Of a stretch of 64,000 nucleotides of DNA, positions 22,863-32,812 are shown piece after piece. How positions within the stretch are numbered: the stretch's first letter is position 1; each line of letters starts with the position of its first letter. The notes beneath the pieces are model-generated. The model was not told where the DNA came from. It did no database searches and saw only the letters and a list, made by a program, of their open reading frames with translations. The position numbers and the translations under genes are program-made. The stretch is from an uncultured Lentisphaerales bacterium (GTDB lineage: Bacteria > Verrucomicrobiota > Lentisphaeria > JABSQK01 > UBA12247). The stretch covers positions 1-64,000 of the forward strand of contig CALSSJ010000010.1 in NCBI GenBank assembly GCA_943788985.1, read 5' to 3'.

Positions 22863-24011
22863 TTACCCCAACGGCCGGTTGGCTTTGCGCCAGACGCCGG
22901 GGGAAGTGCCCAGGCGGCGCTGGAAGATGCGCTGCAGTCGCAACGCAGTGCCTAGGCCGGTTCGGCGGGCAATGCCGTCGACGGTGTCATCGGTGGCGAG
23001 CAGAGTTTCACAGGCACGTTCCAGCCGGATGTTCTCAAGCAAGCGGGCAGGAGGCACGCCCAAGGCGCGTTGGGTTGCGCTCGTCAGCTGACGCCGGGTG
23101 ATGCCCAGTGCCTCGGTCATCTGTGAGACGCCGATGGGCTCACTGAAATGATCGAGGATGAAGCGCACCGCCTCCCGGCCCACAGGATCTTCTACGGCCA
23201 GGGTGTAGGTACTGCGGCGTTCTTCGATGCCTGACGGCGGCAGCAGTGCCGATTCCGGCGGCGGGTCGCCACGCATCAGGCCATCCAGCAGCTCGGCGGC
23301 TTGGTAGCCCAGAGCCTGATAGTCGATGCGCACGCTGGATATCGGCACCGCCGAGCATTCGCAGGCAATCTCCAGATCACCAACCCCCAGTACGGCGACT
23401 TCGTCGGGAACGCGGATACCGCAATCAAAGCAAGCCTCGACCAGGCTCACGGCCAGACGGTCATCCGTGCAGAATACCGCCAGCGGCTTCGGCAACTCCG
23501 TCAGCTGCTGCCTCAGCCACGCCTTGCGTTGCGCCCAGGCTTTGGGCGCGTTTGCTGGCTTTGGAAAAAGCCCAGTGACGGTGAAGCCGGCGTCTTCGAC
23601 CTCCCGCGCAAAGCTGGTCTCGCGAGCAGTCGCGACATTGTAGGCATCAGTCCGATAGTAGGCGAAGTGGGCAAAGCCGATGTCGAGAAAGTAGCGGGCA
23701 GCGAGCGCACCGATCGCCTGGTTGTCTTCATGGATTCGCGGGATCTCGTTGTCGAATTGTTCGGTAATGTCGACAACCGGGACTTGCAACGACTCAATGA
23801 AGCGAAGGATCTCGGGACTACCAGCCATGGCAATGCAGCCGTCGCCTTGCCAGCCCCAAGGCAGTTCATGACTGTAGACGCAGTCCAGGTTCAGATGCCA
23901 CTCCGCCGCGCGAGCGTATTGGGCTACGCTGCGCTGGAACCTGGCATCTGCCCATTCTGCCACCAGAAGAATTGATTTCTGTCGTTGAATCGCCATCCTG
24001 TACCGTATCAC
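22863..24011 (-). CDS. XylR-type regulator (periplasmic-binding-protein-like domain plus AraC HTH)
   Basis: LPKPLAVF, VPDEVAVLGV, GYQAAELLD, RRST and C-terminal AraC HTH; divergent from a sulfatase. Confidence 0.88.
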   Translation of the reverse strand: MIRYRMAIQRQKSILLVAEWADARFQRSVAQYARAAEWHLNLDCVYSHELPWGWQGDGCIAMAGSPEILRFIESLQVPVVDITEQFDNEIPRIHEDNQAIGALAARYFLDIGFAHFAYYRTDAYNVATARETSFAREVEDAGFTVTGLFPKPANAPKAWAQRKAWLRQQLTELPKPLAVFCTDDRLAVSLVEACFDCGIRVPDEVAVLGVGDLEIACECSAVPISSVRIDYQALGYQAAELLDGLMRGDPPPESALLPPSGIEERRSTYTLAVEDPVGREAVRFILDHFSEPIGVSQMTEALGITRRQLTSATQRALGVPPARLLENIRLERACETLLATDDTVDGIARRTGLGTALRLQRIFQRRLGTSPGVWRKANRPLG

Positions 24012-24125
24012 TATTACGTTCAGAATGATATATAATCTTCACTTATTTGATTCAATCCGATCCTTGTATCCGCCTGTTCGAGCCATATCGTATTTGGCTT
24101 CGACAGGCCCCAAATGGAATCAATA

Positions 24126-26792
24126 ATGATGGACCGAATCCGAATCGTGGCGCTGTTTGTGCTGGTACTTCTTTCCCTACCAATCGCCACACACGCGGCC
24201 CCCAAACCGAACATTGTGCACATTCTGACGGATGACTTGGGCTGGGTAGATGTGGCCGCCTATCACCGGGCGGTGCGCGGCGAGGAATCAATCTACGAAA
24301 CGCCGCATATGGACCGGCTTGCGCGCAACGGCAAGCGGTTTATGCAGGCCTACTCCCCCGCGCCGACCTGTGCGCCGTCGAGGGCCGCGTACATCTCGGG
24401 GCAGTATGGCCCGCACAATGGGGTGCTGCATGTCATGGGCGGACGCTTGGCGCGGCCGTTTCACGCGGTGCATGCCTACGGCGAGCCGTTCTACCCCAGC
24501 CGGCTGCCGCTTGAGGGGCCGTCGCTCCCAAGAGAGTTGAAGAAAGCCGGCTATACAACGGCACACATTCAGAAATGGCATCTGGGCGGACGCAGCAATG
24601 GCTACCCCGGACCGGTTGCCTATGGCTTTGATTTCAGTTGGCAGGGCCGTCCTGGTACGCCGTACAATGACGCCGAGCTGTGGCGCGAAGCGGCCAGCCG
24701 CAGGTACTATTGGAATGGCCTCTGGACACCGCTCAAGCCGCGCCATGAGGGCTTTGCCACAGTCGCTACCGATGATCCCTTTCGGACGGACCCGGCAGAT
24801 GACGATCGCCCCTTCGATGGCGTCACGGACCTTACGCTGCGCTGGTTAGCCAAGGCCAAGGACGAGGGAAAGCCATTCTTTCTGAACTTCTGCCCCTCGT
24901 TCGTGCATGGGCCATTTTCGACACGAGACGGCAAGCGCCTGGCCTACTACTGCAAGAAGATGGGCATCCCATTCCCAGACGATCCGGGCCTAGTGGCAGA
25001 GGCCAATCCGCCGCGTCAGGCCAATCCCTATTATGCTGCGATGCTCGACAGCCTCGACTGGCAGGTAGGCAAGTTGCTGACGTATCTCGAGCAGACGGAC
25101 GACCCGCGCAATCCGGGGCATAAGCTAATTGCCAATACCTATGTGATGCTCAGCTCAGACAACGGCGGCCTGGAAGCCTCGCCGGTGGCAAGCGGAAAGC
25201 GGCAGGGCGAGCGCGAACGAATCACGGACAACACGCCACTACGGGGCGGGAAGCTGCGGGTCTACGAGGGCGGGCTGCGGATCCCGTTCATCATCCAAGG
25301 GCCGGGCATCGCGGCAAGCAGTGTCAGCGAGACGCCGATCAACCTTATCGACATGTTTCCCACCTACCTCGCCATGGCTGGGACAGCACCCGCGCCCAAT
25401 CTCGCTCTCGATGGCTGCAATGTCCTGCCGGTGATACTCGGCCAAGACGGTGCAGCCCGTTTTGCCGATGGCACGGCGCGAGAGAGCATCTTCTTCCATT
25501 ACCCAAGCCCACTACCGTCCTCGAGTGTGATTCGCAAAGGCGGCTGGAAGCTGCTGCTCTACCACGCGATCGGGATGGACGTATCACGACCGCGGGTTCA
25601 GCTGTTCCGGCTCTATCATGACAATGGCACGGTCGCCGACCTGGGAGAGAGCACCAATCTAGCCACCGAGCAGCCAAAGAAGCGCAATGAACTGCTCACC
25701 GAGCTCAAGACCTGGTTGGCGAAGCATGACGCAGACCTCCCTTACCGAAACGCGCACACGCCTGACCGAAGCTTGCCGCACAACGACAAAGTGCCGACCG
25801 TCCTCCAGCGCCGCGCCGACGGTGCCCGCATCGAGGTCCAGGTCGATTCGGGGGCCGGCAAGGCCAGGATTGTTGATGCGAAGCTGGTCTTCACCACGAA
25901 TGGCTGCGACTTCCTCAGAGACCATAGTGGCTACGAGGAGTGGTTCGAGGCCCCGGCGTCGGTTCAGGGCGACGTGGCGAGCGCCATTGCGCCTCCGGGC
26001 ATGACTCACGGCGTGTTCTACCTGCGCGACGAAAACGGCTATCAAGTGAACTCCGAATGGGTGCCACCGTATCAGGGGCCAGGTGGCAAAGAAGGCACCG
26101 GCGTCGAGCTAATCACCGACGGCTTTGCCTACCGCCCTGGGCTGACCTCGCTGATCAAAACCGGGGTCTCGGCCCAGAAACAGGGAAGGGAATCCGGCCT
26201 GGATACCGCCGCTCTGGCCAAGGAAATTCGCTTTGCCCAGGCCGTCGTCGCCACGCCGGTCGACGAGACAACGTACGCGGTAGCCATGCGCAATCTACGG
26301 CACGCGATCCGAAGCCTCGACGTTGCCGAAGCCAAGCTGCCTGTGCTCAATCAGTTTGTGTGTGACAAGTGGTCGGGCGACGACCGTGAAAACGCGACGG
26401 CCCGGGGCAACAATCCGCCCAATCAGACCGCGAAGCAGGCGTTTGATGGCGATCTCACGACCAAGTGGCTCGACTTCTCTCCACAAGGCAGCTGGATTCA
26501 ATACGACTGTCAGATCCCGACATTGGTGACTGGCTACGCCATTACCTCTGGCGCGGACGGGCCGGAACGCGATCCGGCCAGCTGGCAGTTGCTGGGCTCC
26601 AACGACGGCAAAACCTGGACCACTCTGGACACCAGAACTTGGGAACGGTGGTCTGCTCGCCAGCAAACCCGTGACTTCACCTGCACCAGCCCCGCAACCT
26701 ACCGGTTTTACCGCTTGAAAATCACCGCAGTCCGCGATGCGGGGGCCGCAAACTCCGTGCAGATCTCAGAAATTAAATTCACCACTCAATGA
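24126..26792 (+). CDS. Secreted sulfatase with C-terminal discoidin/F5-8-like domain
   Basis: Signal peptide, PNIVHILTDDLG, CAPSR, KWHLG and SDNG; C-terminal AFDG..TKW...WQLLGSNDG...YRFYRL. Confidence 0.9.
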   Translation: MMDRIRIVALFVLVLLSLPIATHAAPKPNIVHILTDDLGWVDVAAYHRAVRGEESIYETPHMDRLARNGKRFMQAYSPAPTCAPSRAAYISGQYGPHNGVLHVMGGRLARPFHAVHAYGEPFYPSRLPLEGPSLPRELKKAGYTTAHIQKWHLGGRSNGYPGPVAYGFDFSWQGRPGTPYNDAELWREAASRRYYWNGLWTPLKPRHEGFATVATDDPFRTDPADDDRPFDGVTDLTLRWLAKAKDEGKPFFLNFCPSFVHGPFSTRDGKRLAYYCKKMGIPFPDDPGLVAEANPPRQANPYYAAMLDSLDWQVGKLLTYLEQTDDPRNPGHKLIANTYVMLSSDNGGLEASPVASGKRQGERERITDNTPLRGGKLRVYEGGLRIPFIIQGPGIAASSVSETPINLIDMFPTYLAMAGTAPAPNLALDGCNVLPVILGQDGAARFADGTARESIFFHYPSPLPSSSVIRKGGWKLLLYHAIGMDVSRPRVQLFRLYHDNGTVADLGESTNLATEQPKKRNELLTELKTWLAKHDADLPYRNAHTPDRSLPHNDKVPTVLQRRADGARIEVQVDSGAGKARIVDAKLVFTTNGCDFLRDHSGYEEWFEAPASVQGDVASAIAPPGMTHGVFYLRDENGYQVNSEWVPPYQGPGGKEGTGVELITDGFAYRPGLTSLIKTGVSAQKQGRESGLDTAALAKEIRFAQAVVATPVDETTYAVAMRNLRHAIRSLDVAEAKLPVLNQFVCDKWSGDDRENATARGNNPPNQTAKQAFDGDLTTKWLDFSPQGSWIQYDCQIPTLVTGYAITSGADGPERDPASWQLLGSNDGKTWTTLDTRTWERWSARQQTRDFTCTSPATYRFYRLKITAVRDAGAANSVQISEIKFTTQ

Positions 26793-26916
26793 GCATAGTG
26801 CCTTCTGCTGACAGGGCGGTTAACGTCCGGGCAGCCCCGCAGAGAACGCGGCGGCGAAGCGAAACTGCCACTCTGCACAGGAGGACGTCGAACTTTGGAC
26901 GTTCACAACTTCGGTT

Positions 26917-29900
26917 GTGTCCCATGCAGGATGGCCGTTGCAGCGTGGCACATCTAAAGCTGTGAACGGATTACCTACACATGGAGTCGCACTGTGCGAC
27001 CTTGCTGGCACCATGTCCGAATTTGGGACCTCCAACCGGGTTCGCCTTCGCCCTTTTCTACGCCCCGGACTGCTCATCCCTAAGCCCTCAGCGTGGCTCT
27101 TATGCCTGATTCACACAGCACTGTCGCTATCTGCACCCGCCAACGAAAAGGACAGTAAAATGGACAGCAGCTTCTTCGACGGCGTCTTCAGCGGCGCGGC
27201 ACATCTCCCCGAACCAGCAGGAACGGAGGCATTCGCACTCTATAACGGCCCACTCCCCGCGGATCGGGATCCGGCGTTCTGGACGCTCTACGAGAAGGAT
27301 TGGTACCAATACGTGTCTGAGAAGGACGTCTTCAATGTCCTGCTCAGGCACTCCGACGATGCCGGCAAGAAGAACTGGGAGATTGGCATCGGCGCTGGCG
27401 GCCAGTTGTACTCCTGGCGAGGCCCTTGGGGAGAGGCGATTCCGCCACAGGCAGCCCCATGGATGGACGAGGTCTGGCAAGCCACCATGCACTGCCCGGA
27501 CGTCCAGAGGCTCCTAGAGGCGATCTACGAGCACGATCCTGCGCAGTCAAACGCGACCAACAGCGTCGGCCAGGGATTTGTCCACGGCTCCGGCTGCAGC
27601 AACAAGTACGGCGCTGCCAGTGATGAGCCCTATGAGATGTTCTTTTGCCCCAAACTCGCCAGCTGGTACGATGACACAGATCACTCGTACGCCATCATTA
27701 ACTGGGGCCAGTCCTCAACCCAGCCAACGATCTTTCCCCACAAGATACTCTACTACTCGCGGTACCGCTATCTCGGCGATGGCGTCTTGGAAGTATCCAA
27801 TGTCATCTATAATTTTGGCGATTTCGAATACGGCTATAATGGCACCCCATGGGGCGGTGTCCGTCACTCCACCTATCCTAACATCTTCTGGTCCAACATC
27901 GACGGCTCCTACACGTTCAACAACAGCCACCGGCAGTTTGGCGGCGGCTCGTACTTGACCGTCGACCAGACCGACGGCTGGCTTGGTGCGGCCGCTGCGA
28001 AGGATGATCCGAACAGCCAGGCGTTTGGCTTTGCCCATGGCACCCGCGTCGCCAGCGTCTGCGTCGGAACCGCTGGCGCTGGCGGTGCGCGTGACTACAT
28101 CGTCATGGCCAGCAATCCCGGCCTCGGCGGTGACTCGAATCTAGCCAAGGGCGAGAGCTTCTGGAACCGCTACTACCTGATGGTCGGCACCTTCGCAGAC
28201 GTCAGCCGCAACGCTGCGAAGTACGCAGCTAAGGCTGGCTGGGGGGACCTGAACCAGCCCGAGCAGGATGCCACGTCCCAGGCACTGTACCGCACCGTGC
28301 TGGCCGACGGCACGGTCAGCTTAACGCGCGAGGTGCAGATCCAGGCGCAGCCAGCCTGCCGGGTCTACAACGAGCCTGTCCGCCATGCCGTCCCGCTATT
28401 CGTGATTAGCGAGCAGCCGACCGGGCGCACGCTGGTCAGCACAGATCCCTACGCCCTGTCCCGAACCGAGCCGTACGCCAATCCGCTGCCTGCCGAGCAC
28501 GAGAGTCATGCCGATCTGGAGGGGGCGATCAAGCGCTACACCTACGAAAGCGATGCCCGCAAAAAGCTGGACTGGGACCTGCTTGGCTTCGTCATGCCCG
28601 CGGCGCACATCAGCGCCGACCGGGCAGGCTACGTCGATCTGGCATCCATCGTCGACACGCCCGGAAATCGCGGCATGCTGGCGCTCGCGCCCGGTGCCTT
28701 TTCCTACAGCGACCTCGTGGTCACCCAACAAGTCGACTTGCGTTTTACTGTCCAGGCTGCGGTGCAAAACCTTGGCCCGACCGCGGCTTTGGCAATCGTA
28801 AAACTCTACCTCGCGGACCGTAAGCTCCTCGAATCTCGGCAGCTACAACTGGCGGCCGGTGAGCGGCAAACCGTTGCTTTTGCAGTGACCGCAGAGCAGC
28901 TGAGCGTGGTGAATGCCGAGGGTGACCGCGTCGTCGAACCGGGCACCTTCACCGTCATACTCGGGCCATCGTCCCAGGATATTCTGCTGCAGAGTGAGCT
29001 GCAGGTGGCCAAGCGCACCGTCGTCCGGCGCCGTCCGCAGTTTCAGGTTTCTCCCCTCAAGATGCCCGCGAAAGTCGCCGCCAACAAGACCTTCAGCGTC
29101 CGAGCCACGGTCACCAATACCGGTGAAAGAGCGGGGACTACCAAGGTGGCCTTTCTGGTCGACGGTGAGCCTACCGAAACCAAGCGGATCCAGGTGCAGC
29201 CGGGAAAGACGGAAACGGTGGAATTTCGCACTCACCGTTTCGAGATCGGCGACCACACCGTGCAGGTCGGTGACCAGGCTGCGAGCGTACAGATCACAGC
29301 CCGACCGCCGACCTTCGCCTTTCGCGAACTCGAGGCCGATGCCTTTGGCTACGCTGGACAGGCCGTTCGCGCCAGTGCCACCATCACCAATTTGGGAAGC
29401 ACCACCGGAACCGTTGCTGCGACACTGCAGATCGACGGGACCGTCGTCGCCACCAAAGACATCCGCGTTCCGGCTGGGCTTGGCGGGGCGACTGCTGTCG
29501 TGCGGTTCTCGCACCGCTTCGCTAAATCGGGCGAGTACAAGCTGACGATTGGCGACCTCGCGCCTGCCACAGTCTTGATCGGAGAACCAATAAAGGCCCC
29601 CAATCTGGCCTTCACCAACACCAAGGCTGGCATGTTTCAGGCGGACGATCGGTTCATCATCCGGGCCAATCAATCCGACACCTGGAAGCACCGAGATGCC
29701 TACGGCGCGATCTTTCGTGAGCAGGTGACGGGAGACTTTGAGGCTGTCGTGCGGGTCGATTCGCTGGAGCTCAGCAATCCCGATGTCAAGGCCGGGCTCA
29801 TGGTCCGGAATGACATCACCAAGCCGGGTGTCTCGCCGGGCTATGTCTCGATCCTACTCTCGCCCAAGTGGCGCTACATGTTCCTCTGGGATTCGGACCA

Positions 29901-30162
29901 GAACGGCTCTGTCGATAGCATCCGCGAGGTTGCCCAAAAAGAGCTAACCTTTCCGATCTGGCTCAAGCTCGAAAAGCGGGGCAAGCGGATTTTCGGGTCC
30001 CGGAGCGACGACGGCACGACCTGGATTCAGATGGCCTCCCACAAGGTGCTGGCCGCGGCTAACACCCAGGACGTTGGCTTTTTTGCCACCTCAGGCGACG
30101 ATGACACCCCATATTGGGCCACTTTTAGTAACTTTGATGTCAGCAGTTCAGGAGAACATTAG
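26917..30162 (+). CDS. Large multidomain protein (unknown N-terminal domain, Fn3/CARDB-like Ig domains, C-terminal ConA/DUF1349-like domain); start uncertain, possibly 27160
   Basis: Long ORF with repeated V.A.V.N.G Ig-like motifs, VVEPGTF, and KAGLMVR...WLKLEKRG...S.DG..W. Confidence 0.75.
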   Translation: MSHAGWPLQRGTSKAVNGLPTHGVALCDLAGTMSEFGTSNRVRLRPFLRPGLLIPKPSAWLLCLIHTALSLSAPANEKDSKMDSSFFDGVFSGAAHLPEPAGTEAFALYNGPLPADRDPAFWTLYEKDWYQYVSEKDVFNVLLRHSDDAGKKNWEIGIGAGGQLYSWRGPWGEAIPPQAAPWMDEVWQATMHCPDVQRLLEAIYEHDPAQSNATNSVGQGFVHGSGCSNKYGAASDEPYEMFFCPKLASWYDDTDHSYAIINWGQSSTQPTIFPHKILYYSRYRYLGDGVLEVSNVIYNFGDFEYGYNGTPWGGVRHSTYPNIFWSNIDGSYTFNNSHRQFGGGSYLTVDQTDGWLGAAAAKDDPNSQAFGFAHGTRVASVCVGTAGAGGARDYIVMASNPGLGGDSNLAKGESFWNRYYLMVGTFADVSRNAAKYAAKAGWGDLNQPEQDATSQALYRTVLADGTVSLTREVQIQAQPACRVYNEPVRHAVPLFVISEQPTGRTLVSTDPYALSRTEPYANPLPAEHESHADLEGAIKRYTYESDARKKLDWDLLGFVMPAAHISADRAGYVDLASIVDTPGNRGMLALAPGAFSYSDLVVTQQVDLRFTVQAAVQNLGPTAALAIVKLYLADRKLLESRQLQLAAGERQTVAFAVTAEQLSVVNAEGDRVVEPGTFTVILGPSSQDILLQSELQVAKRTVVRRRPQFQVSPLKMPAKVAANKTFSVRATVTNTGERAGTTKVAFLVDGEPTETKRIQVQPGKTETVEFRTHRFEIGDHTVQVGDQAASVQITARPPTFAFRELEADAFGYAGQAVRASATITNLGSTTGTVAATLQIDGTVVATKDIRVPAGLGGATAVVRFSHRFAKSGEYKLTIGDLAPATVLIGEPIKAPNLAFTNTKAGMFQADDRFIIRANQSDTWKHRDAYGAIFREQVTGDFEAVVRVDSLELSNPDVKAGLMVRNDITKPGVSPGYVSILLSPKWRYMFLWDSDQNGSVDSIREVAQKELTFPIWLKLEKRGKRIFGSRSDDGTTWIQMASHKVLAAANTQDVGFFATSGDDDTPYWATFSNFDVSSSGEH

Positions 30163-30163
30163 A

Positions 30164-32425
30164 ATGCCCAAAAGCACAGCAGATTTTATCGACCCCATGA
30201 TCGGGGCTATCACCGAGCACGAATCGACCTGGGCCGGACTGGGCAAGACCTATCCCGGCGCTTGGCTGCCCTCGGGCCTCGTCCAACTCGGACCCGACAC
30301 CATCACCGGCGGTGACAACGGCTCCGGCTACTCCGCCGGCCACGACTCGATCGAAGGCTTCAGCTTCACCCACATGAGCGGCATCGGCGCCTATGGCGAC
30401 CTCGGAAACCTGCTGGTCACCCCGACCACCGGCCCGCTCTACACCTACGGCGGCCTGCCCAATGAGATCCTAGACGAGACCTACCGCAGTCGCTTCAATG
30501 CCGACGACGAGACAGCCGAAGCTGGCTACTATGCCGTTGCTCTGGAAAACCAAGTGCACGCCGAAGCCACCTGCACCAACCGCGCTGGCATCCTGCGCTT
30601 TGCCTTTCCGGCTGACAGCCGCGCCCGCATTCAGCTCGATCTAGCCCGCCGTGTCGGTGGGCGCAGTCTCGAGCAATATGTGCGGCAGGTCGATAACCAA
30701 ACACTGGAAGGGTGGATGCGCTGTGGGCCCGAGGGCGGTGGCTGGCGTGGCGGCAACACCCCGCTTGCTTACACCGTCTACTTCTCGCTGCAATTCAGCC
30801 AGCCCATCGAGCGCTCTGGTGTCTGGTCTGTCGTCGTCCCCGAGGTCTGGCGCGGCGAATGGCCCGAGCGCATGTATGCCCAATGGAAAACTCCGGCCTA
30901 TATCGAAGCCATCCGCAATGCCACTATCGAGCCGTTCCCAGAATCCGGCGAGCACCGCGGCGAGCACATCGGCTACTACGCAGAGTGGCCCGAGGGCGTC
31001 ACCGAGCCACTGCTGGTCAAAGCCGGCATTTCCTACGTCAGCATCGACGGGGCGCGTGACAACCTGGCCGCCGAACTCGCACACTGGGATTTCGACTGCG
31101 TCCGCGCCGACGGCAAGGCTGCCTGGAACCACGCAGTCGGCGCCCTTGCCGATGTCACCGCCAGCGACGAGCAGCGCACCATTTTGCGGACTGCGCAATA
31201 CCGCACGCTGTGCGACCCGCGTTACTTCGCCGATGCCGATGGCAGCTATCCGACGCCAGACGGCGGCAGTAAGCGCAGCACCAGTTTTACCCGGCGGACC
31301 ATCTTCAGCGGCTGGGACGTCTTTCGCTCGCAGTTTCCCTGGCTGACTCTGGCTGCGCCCGACACCGTCAACGACACCATCTGTTCACTCATCGAAGTCG
31401 CCGAGAGCCGCGGTGGCGGTCTGCCCTGCTGGGAACTGCTCGGTTGCTACACCGGCTGCATGCTCGGCGATCCCGCGATCGTAGTCATCGTCGATGCCTA
31501 CATCAAAGGCATTCGCAACTATGACGTCGAGCGCGCCTACGCCGTCTGCCGGCAAACCGCCCTCGGCCCCAACACCACCCGCAAGGGCTCGGCCGAATAC
31601 AACGAACTCGGCTACGTTCCCGGCAACATCTCCATGACCCTCGAAAACTGCTATGCCGACTGGTGCATGGCCGTCTTCGCCGAGGCCCTTGGCAAGCACG
31701 AGGATGCCACGCTGTTCCGCAGTCGCACCGCCAACTACAAAAACCTCTACGACCCCGAAGTCGGCCTCATGCGGCCCAAGGACGAACACGGCAACTGGCT
31801 ACCCTGGGTCGGCAAGCTGCAAATGCACGGCAGCGGCTGCGTCGAGAGTAACTCACTCCAGCAGACCTTCTTCGTCCCGCATGACACCGACGGGCTGGTC
31901 AACCTCATGGGCGCAGAACGCTATCTCGCCACCTTGACCGAGCTGTTCGAGAAAACACCGGCCGGGGCAAACTGGACCGACTACTACAATCACCCCAACG
32001 AACCCGTCCACAGCCTGCCCTTCTTGTTCAACCGCATCGGCAAGCCAGCGCTGACTCAGAAATGGTCGCGTTGGGCAGCGAAGAGCTTCTACGGCACCGG
32101 CATCTTTGGCCTCAACGGCAACGAAGACGTCGGCCAAATGTCCGCTTGGTACGTCCTGGCTGCGATTGGCCTGCACCCCGTCTGCCCTGGCGACGGCACC
32201 TACGAACTCACCAGCCCCGTCGTCTCGCGTGCGACTCTGCGGCTCCACCCGGACTACCACACAGGAAGCAGCTTCACCATCGTCGCCGAGAACAACAACG
32301 ACGACAACATCTACATCCAGTCAGCCGTCCTCAATGGTCAGCCGCTGGACCGTTGCCAGTTACAATACGATGAAATCACCGCCGGCGGCGAACTCATCCT
32401 TACCATGGGAGCAAAACCAGTATGA
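30164..32425 (+). CDS. GH92 family glycoside hydrolase (alpha-mannosidase-like)
   Basis: PGA..P.GLVQLGPDT, GFSFTHMSG, FSGWDVFR, TLE..Y.D, NEP and GNEDVGQMSAWYV motifs. Confidence 0.93.
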   Translation: MPKSTADFIDPMIGAITEHESTWAGLGKTYPGAWLPSGLVQLGPDTITGGDNGSGYSAGHDSIEGFSFTHMSGIGAYGDLGNLLVTPTTGPLYTYGGLPNEILDETYRSRFNADDETAEAGYYAVALENQVHAEATCTNRAGILRFAFPADSRARIQLDLARRVGGRSLEQYVRQVDNQTLEGWMRCGPEGGGWRGGNTPLAYTVYFSLQFSQPIERSGVWSVVVPEVWRGEWPERMYAQWKTPAYIEAIRNATIEPFPESGEHRGEHIGYYAEWPEGVTEPLLVKAGISYVSIDGARDNLAAELAHWDFDCVRADGKAAWNHAVGALADVTASDEQRTILRTAQYRTLCDPRYFADADGSYPTPDGGSKRSTSFTRRTIFSGWDVFRSQFPWLTLAAPDTVNDTICSLIEVAESRGGGLPCWELLGCYTGCMLGDPAIVVIVDAYIKGIRNYDVERAYAVCRQTALGPNTTRKGSAEYNELGYVPGNISMTLENCYADWCMAVFAEALGKHEDATLFRSRTANYKNLYDPEVGLMRPKDEHGNWLPWVGKLQMHGSGCVESNSLQQTFFVPHDTDGLVNLMGAERYLATLTELFEKTPAGANWTDYYNHPNEPVHSLPFLFNRIGKPALTQKWSRWAAKSFYGTGIFGLNGNEDVGQMSAWYVLAAIGLHPVCPGDGTYELTSPVVSRATLRLHPDYHTGSSFTIVAENNNDDNIYIQSAVLNGQPLDRCQLQYDEITAGGELILTMGAKPV

Positions 32426-32583
32426 ACCCAGGGACCATTCGCACAGACTTTGAACGCGACGGCTACTACCTCGCCCGCGGTGTCTTCAGCGGCGACCAAC
32501 TCGCGGCCAGCCAACAGAGTGCGTCGGCAAGATTTCAAGCGGTAGGCTCAATGTGGCGCTCGATGGGATTAATGCCATTTTAG
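32422..32583 (+). pseudogene. 5' remnant of a phytanoyl-CoA dioxygenase (PhyH)-family gene
   Basis: ATGA overlap with the GH92 stop; MNPGTIRTDFERDGYYLARGVFS is a typical PhyH N-terminus, after which similarity is lost (53 aa). Confidence 0.6.
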
Positions 32584-32812
32584 GGCGTCAAACTACGGCG
32601 TCTCTACAGCCGAATCCCGCGGCTCGACCCCGTTCCGCCGGCGCACATATGCCGGCGGGCGGCCAGAAGTCCCAGGCATCATTCTTCCTACCTACCCGAG
32701 CTTCCTGTAAAATACTCTCCTCTCCTCGACGCCCGGAGGGCTAGTCGAGTGACAGTCACGCGGGTTAGGGTAAGTAAGAGCGACTCCCACTCATCATCCA
32801 GAGTCTTGCCCC

